NCBI GenBank assembly: GCA_965662735.1
Contig: CBFIIU010000010.1
Coordinates: forward strand, 11,553-75,552
DNA: 64,000 nucleotides
DNA from: Alphaproteobacteria bacterium
Lineage (GTDB): Bacteria; Pseudomonadota; Alphaproteobacteria; RS24
Direction of reading: 5' to 3'
Numbering within the stretch: the stretch's first letter is position 1; each line of letters starts with the position of its first letter. Under the pieces are notes generated by a model. It saw only the letters and a list, made by a program, of their open reading frames with translations. It was not told the DNA's origin and did not search any database. A program made the position numbers and the translations under genes. Below are positions 18,847 through 29,335 of this stretch, piece by piece.

Positions 18847-21531
18847 ATGTCAGACCAGTCACTTAATAAAACCTATGACCCCGCAGAGATTGAAGCCCGC
18901 TTATATGCGGCGTGGGAAAACTCGGGCTGTTTCAAATCCGGCCAGAAACCCGATGCGGAGCCCTATACGATTGTTATTCCGCCCCCCAATGTAACCGGCA
19001 GTTTGCACATGGGGCATGCGCTCAATAATACATTGCAAGATATTCTATGCCGCTTCGAGCGGATGCGCGGGCGTGATGTGTTGTGGCAACCCGGCACAGA
19101 TCATGCGGGCATTGCCACGCAAATGGTTGTCGAACGCCAGCTTTCGAGCATGGGCGCGCCATCGCGGCAAGAAATGGGGCGTGATGCGTTTATCGAACGC
19201 GTTTGGCAGTGGAAAGAAGAGAGCGGATCAACCATCACCCATCAATTGCGCCGCCTAGGAGCGTCGTGTGATTGGGAGCGCGAGCGCTTTACGATGGATG
19301 AAGGCTTGTCCGAAGCGGTTACTAATATTTTTGTATCGCTCTACCAAGCGGGGCTGATCTATAAAGACAAGCGTCTCGTCAATTGGGATCCGGGTCTCCT
19401 CACTGCTATTTCTGATCTCGAGGTGGTTCCCAAAGAAGTGGCTGGGCATCTTTGGCATTTTTCCTATCCATTGGCCGATGGCTCCGGCCAGATCACGGTC
19501 GCGACGACGCGTCCCGAGACCATGCTCGGCGATACAGGTGTCGCCGTTCACCCCGAGGATCCACGATATGCAGATCTGATCGGGAAAATGGTAAAATTGC
19601 CGATTGTTGGTCGCGAAATTCCCATTGTGGCGGATAGCTATGCTGATCCGGAACAGGGATCTGGCGCTGTGAAAATTACGCCGGCGCATGACTTTAATGA
19701 TTTTGAGGTGGGGAAACGCTGTGGGCTCGCCGCCATCAATATGCTGGATCGGCATGGCTGCGTGGATTTATCCGATCCCGCATTTGACACCATGCCCAAT
19801 AAGGAGGCGTGGCACGGGCTGGACCGCACGCAAGCGCGTGATCGCGTGGTTGAAACGCTCCAAGAATTAGGGCTGTTGGTGAAAATCGACGATCACACCC
19901 ATATGGTTCCGTATGGCGATCGTTCGGATAAGGTTATTGAGCCTTGGCTGACAGACCAATGGTATGTCGACGCGGCAACGCTCGCCAAGCCGGCCATTGA
20001 GGCTGTTGAGACAGGACGCACGACATTCGTTCCCGAGAACTGGGCAAAAACTTATTTTGAATGGATGCGTAATATTCAACCGTGGTGTATCTCGCGTCAA
20101 TTATGGTGGGGTCACCAGATTCCAGCTTGGTATGGCGAGGACGGCACTGTTTTTGTAGCGGTAGACGAGGCGGGTGCGTTGGCGCAAGCCGAACAGCATT
20201 ATGGGCACCCGGTGACGCTGAGCCGCGACCCTGATGTATTGGATACTTGGTTTTCGTCGCAATTGTGGCCGTTTTCAACGCTTGGATGGCCCCAAAATCA
20301 AGATGAGGCGCTGGCGCGATATTATCCCACTGATGTGCTGGTGACGGGTTTTGATATTATTTTCTTTTGGGTCGCCCGCATGATGATGGCCGGCCTGTTT
20401 GTGATGGATGAGGTTCCGTTTAAGACTGTCTATATTCACGCTTTGGTGCGCGATGAAAAAGGCGCCAAAATGTCGAAGTCGAAAGGCAATGTGATCGACC
20501 CGCTCGATATTATCGAGCGGTTTGGTGCTGACTCTTTGCGGTTTACCCTCACAGCCCAAGCGGCCATGGGACGAGACGTCAAATTGTCAGAAGCGCGCAT
20601 TGAAGGCTACCGCAATTTTGGAACAAAATTATGGAATGCGGCTCGGTTTTGCGAGATGAATGGCTGTTTTGAGGTTCGGGAATTTGATCCCGCCTCAGCT
20701 CAATTACCTTTGGTGAAATGGCTGGTGGGTGAGGTGGTGCGTGCTCAAAATGATGTCACGCGGTCGCTCGAAAATTTCCGTTTTAATGATGCCGCCCATG
20801 CCATTTATCATTTTATTTGGCACAGCTTTTGTGACTGGTTTGTCGAGTTGGCTAAGCCTGCTTTGCAAGGGGATCGTGCAACCGCGGATGAAGTGCGCGG
20901 GGCCGCGCGCTGGGGCTTAGGGCAGGCGCTGAAACTTTTACATCCGATTATGCCGTTCGTGACCGATGAGCTTTGGCAAAAAACGGGGATCGGCGCGGAT
21001 CACATTATGCGCGGTGACTGGCCGAGCTTCGACCTTTCATTGATCGATGAAAAAGCAGATGAGCAGTTGAACTGGGTGATCGGCCTGATTACGGAAATTC
21101 GTTCCATTCGAGCAGAGATGAACTTACCGGCGAGTGCGAAGCTCAATATTACGGCGATTGATCCCGCGCCGCATGTGTCCGACTATATCGCTACCCAGCG
21201 CGACTTGGTGCTACGATTGGCGCGTCTTGAGAACCTCTCCGTGGGCTCGGATATTCCCGAGGGGTCTGTGCAATTTGTTTATGCAGGACAGAGTTTTGCG
21301 TTGCCTTTGGCCGGTGTCATTGACCTCGCGGCAGAGCGTCAACGCTTGGTGCGGGATATTGAAAAATCGGAAGTGGAGTGTCGGAAGCTTAAGGGCAAGT
21401 TGTCGAATGAGGGCTTTTTGAGCAAAGCCCCCGAGGCGGTGGTTGCAGAAAATCAAGAGCGCCTTGCCGAGGCGGAGGCTTTGGTGGCTAAGTTGCACAC
21501 GGCGCTCGCACGATTATCTGATTTGCAGTAA
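18847..21531 (+). CDS. valS: valine--tRNA ligase
   Basis: 894-aa ORF with HIGH-type motif SLHMGHAL, KMSKS motif GAKMSKSKGN, and a C-terminal coiled coil. Confidence 0.95.
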   Translation: MSDQSLNKTYDPAEIEARLYAAWENSGCFKSGQKPDAEPYTIVIPPPNVTGSLHMGHALNNTLQDILCRFERMRGRDVLWQPGTDHAGIATQMVVERQLSSMGAPSRQEMGRDAFIERVWQWKEESGSTITHQLRRLGASCDWERERFTMDEGLSEAVTNIFVSLYQAGLIYKDKRLVNWDPGLLTAISDLEVVPKEVAGHLWHFSYPLADGSGQITVATTRPETMLGDTGVAVHPEDPRYADLIGKMVKLPIVGREIPIVADSYADPEQGSGAVKITPAHDFNDFEVGKRCGLAAINMLDRHGCVDLSDPAFDTMPNKEAWHGLDRTQARDRVVETLQELGLLVKIDDHTHMVPYGDRSDKVIEPWLTDQWYVDAATLAKPAIEAVETGRTTFVPENWAKTYFEWMRNIQPWCISRQLWWGHQIPAWYGEDGTVFVAVDEAGALAQAEQHYGHPVTLSRDPDVLDTWFSSQLWPFSTLGWPQNQDEALARYYPTDVLVTGFDIIFFWVARMMMAGLFVMDEVPFKTVYIHALVRDEKGAKMSKSKGNVIDPLDIIERFGADSLRFTLTAQAAMGRDVKLSEARIEGYRNFGTKLWNAARFCEMNGCFEVREFDPASAQLPLVKWLVGEVVRAQNDVTRSLENFRFNDAAHAIYHFIWHSFCDWFVELAKPALQGDRATADEVRGAARWGLGQALKLLHPIMPFVTDELWQKTGIGADHIMRGDWPSFDLSLIDEKADEQLNWVIGLITEIRSIRAEMNLPASAKLNITAIDPAPHVSDYIATQRDLVLRLARLENLSVGSDIPEGSVQFVYAGQSFALPLAGVIDLAAERQRLVRDIEKSEVECRKLKGKLSNEGFLSKAPEAVVAENQERLAEAEALVAKLHTALARLSDLQ

Positions 21532-21540
21532 GGCCATCTC

Positions 21541-22278
21541 TTAAACTACCAAGCTGTTAAAAAATAAAGGCAGGGTGACCCCTAGGCAAATCGCCAGAAT
21601 AATCGGTTTCAAAAACCGGGGCGGCAGGGACATGGTAGAGCGGGCTCCCAAATCGCCGCCCAGCGCCAGACCGAGCATCAAGATCAGACAGATCCGCCAA
21701 TTAATCAGATCCGCTTGAATGAGAATGATCGATGCCGCGCCGGCATTCGCCAATGAGATGAGCAACTTCAACGCCGTTAGGCGCACGAGGTCGAGCTGCG
21801 GCGTGATTTGGCTCAAACAGGCCAATAAAATAATGCCTAAACCAGCCTGAAAATAGCCGCCATAAACAGACGCGATCAACAGCAAAGGCATTGCAAGCGG
21901 CGCCAAGCGCACCGACCAGTGCTCGGTTTTGGCGCTCACCGCAAATAGAGCCGTTGCGCCCAATAGAAGATAGGGGACGATTTCTCTAAACACACCCTCC
22001 GGCGTTAAGCGCAAGGCGAAGGCGCCCGCAACGCCCCCGATCACGGCATAGCCCAGATATGGCAGTGCTTCACGCACCGAGATTTCGTGCCTCAATCGAT
22101 ACACGCCAACGCCATAGCCCATCATGGCCGCTAATGTATTCGTGCTGTTGGCAATGAGCGGCGGGACGCCGCTTGCCGCGAGCACGGCAATGGTGACGGT
22201 GCTGCCGCCTCCCGCAAGGCTATTCATGAGCCCGCCAATTAGCCCTGCCAAAAAAATAATGAGATCCGTTGGTTCCAT
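21541..22278 (-). CDS. TauE/SafE family (DUF81) sulfite-exporter-like membrane protein
   Basis: 245-aa polytopic ORF with two halves each carrying Gly-rich helices (GLIGGLMNSLAGGGSTV; LGLALGGDLGA). Confidence 0.75.
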   Translation of the reverse strand: MEPTDLIIFLAGLIGGLMNSLAGGGSTVTIAVLAASGVPPLIANSTNTLAAMMGYGVGVYRLRHEISVREALPYLGYAVIGGVAGAFALRLTPEGVFREIVPYLLLGATALFAVSAKTEHWSVRLAPLAMPLLLIASVYGGYFQAGLGIILLACLSQITPQLDLVRLTALKLLISLANAGAASIILIQADLINWRICLILMLGLALGGDLGARSTMSLPPRFLKPIILAICLGVTLPLFFNSLVV

Positions 22279-22391
22279 GGTCGATATGCTCTGTTTGGGG
22301 GAGAGCTTAAGCGATTTTTTGATGGATAAAAACTCGCGATCAAACTGTGCTTATGCTACATACGGTCAAATTTCTATCAGAGGACTGATCA

Positions 22392-24110
22392 ATGAGCCGT
22401 TTTGATAAATCTAAACTTCCAAGTCGCTATGTGAGTGTTGGGCCCGAGCGGGCACCTCATCGGTCTTACTATTATGCCATGGGCATGACCGAAGCTGAAA
22501 TTCAACAACCGTTTGTGGGGGTTGTCTCATGCTGGAATGAGGCCGCGCCATGTAATATTGCTCTGATGCGTCAGGCTCAGGCAGTCAAGCTGGGTGTGAA
22601 AGCCGCCGAGGGCACTCCGCGCGAGTTTTGCACGATTACAGTGACAGATGGTATTGCCATGGGACATGAGGGCATGAAATCGTCCTTAGTGTCGCGCGAC
22701 GTCATTGCGGATAGTGTAGAGCTGACCATGCGGGGGCATTGCTATGATGCGCTGGTCGGCCTTGCCGGATGTGATAAGTCTTTACCCGGCTTAATGATGG
22801 CGATGGTGCGTCTCAATGTGCCGAGTGTATTTATGTATGGTGGCTCCATTATGCCTGGTGAATTCAAGGGCAAAGACGTCACCGTGATGGATGTTTTTGA
22901 AGCTGTGGGCCAACATGCGGCCGGTAACTTGCCCGACGATGAACTGCACGCGTTGGAATGTGTTGCCTGCCCAAGTGCGGGCGCCTGCGGTGGTCAATTC
23001 ACCGCCAATACAATGGCCTGCGTCTCCGAGGCCATTGGTCTTGCCTTGCCCAACTCGGCCGGCGCACCTGCGCCTTATGAGAGCCGCGATGCCTATGCCG
23101 AAGCGTCGGGGCGGGCGGTGATGGATTTAATTGCGAAAAATATTCGCCCCCGCGATATTGTCACGCGCAAATCTCTTGAAAATGCGGCTGTGGTCGTGGC
23201 GGCAACCGGAGGCTCGACAAATGGGGGGCTTCACCTGCCGGCGATCGCGCATGAAGCGGGTATCGATTTTGATCTGATGGAAGTGGCGGAGGTGTTTAAG
23301 CGCACTCCTTACATCGCGGATTTAAAACCGGGCGGCCAGTATGTTGCCAAAGACATGTATGAGGCAGGGGGTGTGCCCATGCTGCTCAAAACTTTGCTCG
23401 ATGGTGGCTATTTGCACGGAGACTGTTTAACCGTCACGGGACAATCATTGGCCGATAATTTGGCAGACATCACATTTAATCCTGATCAAAAAGTCATTTA
23501 TCCCGTTACCAATCCGCTCTCGCCCACGGGCGGTGTTGTGGGGTTAACGGGCTCCTTGGCGCCGGATGGCGCGATTGTGAAAGTCGCGGGCATGACGCGC
23601 TTGCGCTTCGAGGGCAAAGCCCGCTGTTTTGATCGCGAGGAAGATGCCTTTGCCGCTGTTGAGGCCGGAAATTATCAAGAAGGCGAAGTTTTGGTCATTC
23701 GCTATGAAGGGCCAAAAGGCGGCCCTGGCATGCGGGAAATGCTGTCAACAACCGCAGCCATATACGGGCAGGGCAATGGCGATAAAGTTGCGCTGATCAC
23801 CGATGGCCGTTTTTCGGGCGCCACGCGCGGCTTTTGCATTGGCCATGTTGGCCCGGAAGCCGCCGAAGGTGGGCCGATCGCCTTAATTGAAGATGGCGAC
23901 ACCATCATTATCGATGCTGAAAAGGGAACGCTTGACCTGATGGTTGATGCGGATGAGCTGGCGCGACGTCGTGCCAATTGGCGTCCGCGTGAGACGGATT
24001 TCGCCAGTGGTACATTGTGGAAATATGCCCAAACAGTTGGCCCGGCACGCAATGGCGCCGTCACTCACCCAGGTGGAAAAAAAGAAAAGCGAGCTTACGC
24101 GGATATTTAG
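22392..24110 (+). CDS. ilvD: dihydroxy-acid dehydratase
   Basis: 572-aa ORF with [10 protein letters not shown] cluster-binding motif, [27 protein letters not shown]. Confidence 0.95.
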   Translation: MSRFDKSKLPSRYVSVGPERAPHRSYYYAMGMTEAEIQQPFVGVVSCWNEAAPCNIALMRQAQAVKLGVKAAEGTPREFCTITVTDGIAMGHEGMKSSLVSRDVIADSVELTMRGHCYDALVGLAGCDKSLPGLMMAMVRLNVPSVFMYGGSIMPGEFKGKDVTVMDVFEAVGQHAAGNLPDDELHALECVACPSAGACGGQFTANTMACVSEAIGLALPNSAGAPAPYESRDAYAEASGRAVMDLIAKNIRPRDIVTRKSLENAAVVVAATGGSTNGGLHLPAIAHEAGIDFDLMEVAEVFKRTPYIADLKPGGQYVAKDMYEAGGVPMLLKTLLDGGYLHGDCLTVTGQSLADNLADITFNPDQKVIYPVTNPLSPTGGVVGLTGSLAPDGAIVKVAGMTRLRFEGKARCFDREEDAFAAVEAGNYQEGEVLVIRYEGPKGGPGMREMLSTTAAIYGQGNGDKVALITDGRFSGATRGFCIGHVGPEAAEGGPIALIEDGDTIIIDAEKGTLDLMVDADELARRRANWRPRETDFASGTLWKYAQTVGPARNGAVTHPGGKKEKRAYADI

Positions 24111-24132
24111 ACAAATATTCTAGCGTAAAAAA

Positions 24133-24939
24133 TCATATTCCTGTCCCATCCACCTTCAGGCGGATGGCGATGGGTGTGTGGTCGGACGGGCGCTCTTGGG
24201 CGCGGACTTCTTTGTGAATTTCAACGTCTGCCAAAAGGTCGGCTGCGAGCGGGCTGAGTAGATGGTGGTCGATGCGAATGCCCTTGTTTTTGGGAAAAGC
24301 ACCGCCTTGATAATCCCAAAACGTATAGCCATCGGGGCCGGGGTTATGTTTCAGCTCGTACGCATCGGCATAGCCTAGATTATGAATGCGTCGAAAAGCC
24401 TGACGACTTTCTAGGCGAAATAAGGCGTCTTCGGCCCACGCGGCCGGGTCGTAGCAATCCTCTGGAGAGGGAATAATATTATAATCGCCGCTCAGAACCG
24501 TTGCTTCCTCCAGGTCCAGCAGGCTTTGGGCATGGTGACATAAGGCCTCCATAAACCGCAATTTATATTGATATTTCTCTCCCGTGCCACCTTCAACCGG
24601 GTTTCCATTGGGGAGATAAATTGAGGCCACACGCAGCGGCGTCTCGCCAGCCATAATGAGGGCTTCGATATAGCGACTTTGCTCATCTTCAAAAGAGGGT
24701 AGGCCCCGCCGCACATCTTCAAGCGGGAATCGAGAAATGAGCGCGACGCCATTATAGGTCTTTTGTCCAAAGGTCTCGACCGTGTAGCCGAGATCTTCGA
24801 TGGCTTCGCGCGGAAACGCTTCATCGACGCATTTCAGCTCTTGAAGGCATAAGATGTCGGGTTGATAATCCGTTAAATAGCTAACCACATGGGGCAAGCG
24901 GGCCTTAACCGAGTTAACATTCCAGCTGACAATACGCAC
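24133..24939 (-). CDS. xthA: exodeoxyribonuclease III
   Basis: 268-aa ORF with MRIVSWNVNS, LCLQELK, GDYNI, and SDHTPI at the C-terminus. Confidence 0.9.
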   Translation of the reverse strand: MRIVSWNVNSVKARLPHVVSYLTDYQPDILCLQELKCVDEAFPREAIEDLGYTVETFGQKTYNGVALISRFPLEDVRRGLPSFEDEQSRYIEALIMAGETPLRVASIYLPNGNPVEGGTGEKYQYKLRFMEALCHHAQSLLDLEEATVLSGDYNIIPSPEDCYDPAAWAEDALFRLESRQAFRRIHNLGYADAYELKHNPGPDGYTFWDYQGGAFPKNKGIRIDHHLLSPLAADLLADVEIHKEVRAQERPSDHTPIAIRLKVDGTGI

Positions 24940-24945
24940 AGGAGC

Positions 24946-25272
24946 TTATACAGCGAAGGATGTTCCGCAACCGCAAGCTGCTGTCGCGTTTGGATTATTG
25001 ATCCGAAAAGAGGAGCCAACCAGATCATCAACCCAGTCTATTTCAGCGCCAGCCATGTACCCAATAGACATCGGATCAATTAAAATGGTGACATCATCGC
25101 GTTCAAAAACGAGATCATCGTCCATTTTCTGGTCATCAATCGCGAAACTATACTGGAAGCCTGAACAGCCGCCCCCCATAACCGAAATGCGCAACATGGA
25201 CCCTGCCGTTTCATCGGCAAGGATTTTGCGAATGCGGTTGGCCGCGGTTTCACTAATGGTTACAGTGCTCAT
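24946..25272 (-). CDS. erpA: iron-sulfur cluster insertion protein (HesB/IscA/ErpA family)
   Basis: 108-aa ORF with GGGCSGFQY and C-terminal CGCGTSF. Confidence 0.85.
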   Translation of the reverse strand: MSTVTISETAANRIRKILADETAGSMLRISVMGGGCSGFQYSFAIDDQKMDDDLVFERDDVTILIDPMSIGYMAGAEIDWVDDLVGSSFRINNPNATAACGCGTSFAV

Positions 25273-25410
25273 AATGTAGAAATAGGTGTTTCTGAGCGCC
25301 TTTTCAAGGCGATCCGTAAATGTTATGCGGAATTCTGTCGAAAACCGGACGTCTTGAAAAAGCGGACACGCCGCCCAAGCTCAAAACGCTCCGCACTGAA
25401 AGGATTGATC

Positions 25411-26589
25411 ATGTCTAGAGACATGTCTGTAGCTTCCTACGCCACTGGCCCCTCACGCGGACGTTTGGTGAAAGAGCCAGAAAGTCCGACCCGCTCTCCC
25501 TATCAACGCGATCGTGATCGCATTGTGCATTCCAGCGCGTTTCGTCGATTGAAACATAAAACACAAGTTTTTGTCGCGCATGTTGGCGACAGTTACCGAA
25601 CCCGCTTGACCCATTCTCTTGAGGTCGCCCAAATTGCGCGTTCCGTGGCCCGCGAATTATCGCTCGATGAGGATTTGGCTGAAATGCTGGCTCTCGCGCA
25701 TGATTTGGGGCACACGCCCTTTGGGCATGCCGGTGAGGATGCCTTACATGCGGTGATGGCGCCGTTTGGTGGTTTCGACCATAATGCGCAAACCTTGCGC
25801 ATCGTGACGGCGCTCGAGGAACGATATATTGCGTTTGACGGCCTCAATCTCACCTGGGAGAGCTTGGAAGGCATTGTAAAGCATAATGGCCCATTGATCA
25901 CGCCGAGCCGAGATTTGGCGTCGCTGCCTTATGCCATTCAAGCCTACGCAGATCATCAAGACCTTGAATTGGATGGCTTTCCAGGACCAGAAGCACAAGT
26001 CGCCGCGCTGGCCGATGATATCGCTTATAATAACCATGATATTGATGATGGATTGCGGGCCGGTCTTTTGTCCCTCGAGGAAGTATCGGGCTTACCAATT
26101 ATTGGCGATATTATCCAAAAACTGCGGCAAGAGCATGGCTCGGTCTCGCAAAAACGGCTTCGTCACGAGGCTATTCGCCGGATGATTTCTATCATGATTG
26201 CCGATTTGGTGTCGGAGACACGCCGTCGGCTGGCCATTCATAAACCCGAAACCGTCGAGGATATTAGAGGGCTCACCGAACCGATTGTATCTTTTTCCAG
26301 TGAGCTGAATGAGCAGAATTTAATCATAAAAACTTTTCTGCGCGATCGGATGTATCGTCATTATACGGTTAATCGGTCGATGAGTAAGGCGCGGCGTTTG
26401 GTTCAACGCATCTTCACCCTGTTCTTGGAAGAGCCGAGCCTCATGCCCAGCGAATGGGCGGAAAAAGCAGTGGGGCAGCCCGATGACGCTCGCGCCCGCC
26501 ATATTGCCGACTATGTTGCGGGAATGACAGACCGTTTTGCGATAGCCGAATATCGTCGGTTATTTGATATTGTGGACGAATTGGCCTAG
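25411..26589 (+). CDS. dgt: dGTP triphosphohydrolase-like HD-domain protein
   Basis: The track ORF starts at TTG 25354. I prefer ATG 25411 (AAGGA upstream). YQRDRDRIVHSSAFRRL, HSLEVAQIARS, LAHDLGHTPFGH. Confidence 0.85.
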   Translation: MSRDMSVASYATGPSRGRLVKEPESPTRSPYQRDRDRIVHSSAFRRLKHKTQVFVAHVGDSYRTRLTHSLEVAQIARSVARELSLDEDLAEMLALAHDLGHTPFGHAGEDALHAVMAPFGGFDHNAQTLRIVTALEERYIAFDGLNLTWESLEGIVKHNGPLITPSRDLASLPYAIQAYADHQDLELDGFPGPEAQVAALADDIAYNNHDIDDGLRAGLLSLEEVSGLPIIGDIIQKLRQEHGSVSQKRLRHEAIRRMISIMIADLVSETRRRLAIHKPETVEDIRGLTEPIVSFSSELNEQNLIIKTFLRDRMYRHYTVNRSMSKARRLVQRIFTLFLEEPSLMPSEWAEKAVGQPDDARARHIADYVAGMTDRFAIAEYRRLFDIVDELA

Positions 26590-26593
26590 GCGC

Positions 26594-26617
26594 TGTGGTC
26601 TATGGTGTGGTCTATGG
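26594..26617. repeat. perfect tandem duplication of a 12-mer in the dgt-argS spacer
   Basis: tgtggtctatgg|tgtggtctatgg read directly from the sequence, 37 nt upstream of the argS ATG. Confidence 0.8.
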
Positions 26618-26653
26618 CGCAGATGCGTGCCTTATTTCATGTGTGAGTGATCG

Positions 26654-28411
26654 ATGAATATTTTTTCTCTTTTTGCGCAAAAAATGGACGACCAGTTACA
26701 GGCGCTCGTCGCCGCTGGGAAGGTGCCCGAGGGGCTTGATGCTAGCCGCGCCACAATTGAATTGCCACGGGACACCGAGCATGGTGATTTGGCGAGCAAT
26801 ATGGCTATGGTGCTGGCGAAATCGGCCGGCATGCCGCCGCGCCAGATGGCGGAATTTTTGGTCGCTGGTATTCAGCAAGACCCGAGCGTTATCTCGGCCG
26901 AGATTGCTGGGCCAGGGTTTATCAATTTGCGATTGTCGGCGGCTTTTTGGCAAGATCTCGCGCGCCAAGTCTTATCGGCTGATACCGCTTATGGGCATGC
27001 GATGCAGAAGCAGACGGCGCCGATCAATTTAGAATATGTGTCGGCCAATCCCACAGGGCCAATGCATGTGGGGCACGCCCGCGGCGCCGTCGTTGGCGAT
27101 GTGCTGGCTTCGTTGCTCGACGCGGCCGGTTATTCGGTAACCAAAGAATATTATATCAATGATGCGGGGAGCCAGGTCACCACGCTGGCGCGCTCGGCGC
27201 TTTTGCGAATGCGTGAGGCGTTGGGCGAAGAGATTGGCGAAATACCCGAGGGATTATATCCGGGAGATTATCTGGTGCCCGTTGGTCAGGCCTTGGCCTC
27301 AACCTATGGGGCTGACTTGTTCTCGCGCGATGAAGCTGACCAACTCGCATGCGCTAAAGCGCTCGCTCTGCCGATGATGATGGACATGATCAAAGATGAT
27401 CTGGCCTCGCTCGGCGTTGCTCATGATCATTTTCTGTCCGAGCAATCCTTACATGATAGTGGTGCGGTAGCGGATGTTGTTGCGATGCTCGATCAGAAAA
27501 GTTTGGTGTATCGCGGTAAACTTGATCCACCGAAAGGGATTGAGCCACCCGAAGATTGGGAAGCTGAAGAACAAGTTCTGTTTCGGTCGACTGATTTTGG
27601 AGATGATACAGATCGTGCGCTGCAAAAGGCCGACGGCAGTTGGACCTATTTTGCGCCGGACATTGCCTGCCACTTTAATAAATATGAGCGTGGCTTTCGC
27701 GACATGATTAATATTTGGGGGGCCGATCACGCGGGTTACATTAAGCGTATGGTCTCGGCCGTAACTGCGATTTCCGATCATCAGGCGCGGCTCGAGGTCA
27801 AGGTCTGTCAGATGGTGAAACTGCAACGCGATGGTCAGCCGGTCAAAATGTCGAAGCGCGCAGGGGAATTCATTACATTGCGTGAAGTGGTCGACGAGGT
27901 GGGGCGCGACGTCGTTCGGTTTATGATGCTGACGCGGAAAAATGATGCACCGCTTGATTTTGATTTTAACCTGGTGAAGGAGAAATCCCGCGATAACCCA
28001 GTGTTTTACGTTCAATATGCCTATGCGCGAATTTGTTCCATTTTTCGCAATGCCGCAGAGGCAGGCTGGTCGCCCGACCAATTAGCAACGACAGCGCTAG
28101 CGGCGGCCGATTTATCGGCGCTTGATCAGCCGCATGATGTGGGTTTGCTGAGGCTGGTGGCCCATTATCCAAAGGTGATTGATGCCGCGGCAGAAACGCG
28201 CGAGCCCCATCGGCTCGCCTTTTTCGCGCAAGAAATGGCGGCGGCTTTTCACTCGGTTTGGAATTTGGGCAAGGAAGATCCAAGTGCTCGATTTTTGCAA
28301 GATGATACCGCGCGGACGCAGGCTCGCCTCGCGCTGGCTCGGTGTGTTCAGATTACGCTCGGAAATTGTTTGCGCTTGATGGGCGTAGAACCGCAAGACG
28401 AAATGCGATAA
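26654..28411 (+). CDS. argS: arginine--tRNA ligase
   Basis: 585-aa ORF with SANPTGPMHVGHARG (HIGH), VKMSKRAGEF (KMSK), and DALR-type anticodon-binding C-terminus. Confidence 0.95.
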   Translation: MNIFSLFAQKMDDQLQALVAAGKVPEGLDASRATIELPRDTEHGDLASNMAMVLAKSAGMPPRQMAEFLVAGIQQDPSVISAEIAGPGFINLRLSAAFWQDLARQVLSADTAYGHAMQKQTAPINLEYVSANPTGPMHVGHARGAVVGDVLASLLDAAGYSVTKEYYINDAGSQVTTLARSALLRMREALGEEIGEIPEGLYPGDYLVPVGQALASTYGADLFSRDEADQLACAKALALPMMMDMIKDDLASLGVAHDHFLSEQSLHDSGAVADVVAMLDQKSLVYRGKLDPPKGIEPPEDWEAEEQVLFRSTDFGDDTDRALQKADGSWTYFAPDIACHFNKYERGFRDMINIWGADHAGYIKRMVSAVTAISDHQARLEVKVCQMVKLQRDGQPVKMSKRAGEFITLREVVDEVGRDVVRFMMLTRKNDAPLDFDFNLVKEKSRDNPVFYVQYAYARICSIFRNAAEAGWSPDQLATTALAAADLSALDQPHDVGLLRLVAHYPKVIDAAAETREPHRLAFFAQEMAAAFHSVWNLGKEDPSARFLQDDTARTQARLALARCVQITLGNCLRLMGVEPQDEMR

Positions 28412-28449
28412 TCTCCCCTCATAACCGCCGATGAGTGAAGGAAAGAAAA

Positions 28450-29325
28450 ATGATTAGAAATCCACTTCATGATAAGCCATTTGATGCCGACGCTGAGATG
28501 GATGACTTGGAAATGGCGCGGCCATCTTACGATGCGACCTCTTATGCGCGCTCGGGTTCGGTTTTCCGAACGTCACTTTTTGTCATTGCCATTGTGATTT
28601 TCTCATCGCTGGCCGCGGGGTTGTATTTCTATGCCTATCAACGCGGGCTGGAGGATGGACAGCGCGAGATGCCACCAGTGATTGCCGCAAATCCAGAGCC
28701 GATGCGCGTGTCGCCCGAGGTTGCGGGTGAGGCACCAGAGCCGGTTGAAGACCTTAATATTCATCGGGTCATTCAGGGCAATTCTGAAGCTGTGCCCGAG
28801 CCTGACATGAATGATGGGCGGCCCGAGAGTTTACTCGCGGGCACGAGTGCTGCGGAGCCGCAAGAGGCCGAGGCAAGCGCGCCCGAGCCTCGAGTGGAAA
28901 ACCCAACCCCTCCAGCCGATGTTCAGCCAACCGCCATTGCCCCTGTGCGCCCTGCTGAAGAAGTGAAGCCAGAGGTAAAGCAAGAGCCAAGTGTCGCTGC
29001 TCCTGCATCGCCTCAGGCGGCTCCCGAGCCATCTCCTAAACCAACACGACAGGAAGCGACGCCTGCCACGTCGCGCTATATGGTTCAAATTGCAGCGACC
29101 CGTAGTCGTGCATTGGCCCGCAAAACATTTGCCGACCAAGCCAAAAAATTTCCTGACCTCTTGGGACGGCGTGACCCGCTAATCCTGCGCGCCGATCTGG
29201 GTAGCAAAGGCATATTTTATCGGGTCAATGTGTCCGGGTTCTCAACCCGTGAAAACGCCAAGCGTTTCTGCGATGAGCTCGCCGCTGCCGGCGGATCGTG
29301 CCTCGTGAAGATTGAGCCGAATTAG
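28450..29325 (+). CDS. SPOR-domain membrane protein (septal peptidoglycan binding)
   Basis: One TM segment (LFVIAIVIFSSLAAGLYFY), a Pro/Glu/Ala-rich linker, and C-terminal SPOR-like YMVQIAATRSRALARKTF...GIFYRVNVSGFSTRENAKRFCDEL. The track start is GTG 28435; ATG 28450 follows AAGGAAAG. Confidence 0.75.
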   Translation: MIRNPLHDKPFDADAEMDDLEMARPSYDATSYARSGSVFRTSLFVIAIVIFSSLAAGLYFYAYQRGLEDGQREMPPVIAANPEPMRVSPEVAGEAPEPVEDLNIHRVIQGNSEAVPEPDMNDGRPESLLAGTSAAEPQEAEASAPEPRVENPTPPADVQPTAIAPVRPAEEVKPEVKQEPSVAAPASPQAAPEPSPKPTRQEATPATSRYMVQIAATRSRALARKTFADQAKKFPDLLGRRDPLILRADLGSKGIFYRVNVSGFSTRENAKRFCDELAAAGGSCLVKIEPN

Positions 29326-29335
29326 GCCGCACCTT

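Noticed and set aside
22279-22391. Possible leader peptide or attenuator upstream of ilvD (short frame [27 protein letters not shown]).
   Set aside because: There is no run of Ile/Leu/Val codons and no terminator/antiterminator hairpins. The frame is part of a spurious ORF (22124..22405) overlapping the neighbouring gene.
27449-28081. Long antisense or alternative-frame ORFs inside large housekeeping genes. Examples: 27449..28081(-) in argS; 34589..35098(-) and 34605..35138(+) in serS; 19255..19755(-) in valS; 45357..45866(+) in uvrA; 49078..49542(-) in gyrA; 38762..39178(-) in secD.
   Set aside because: Each lies wholly within a gene whose product has unmistakable family motifs. Their translations are Arg/Pro/Ser-rich with no recognisable motif, no SD-like sequence and no independent spacer. 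This is typical of shadow ORFs.
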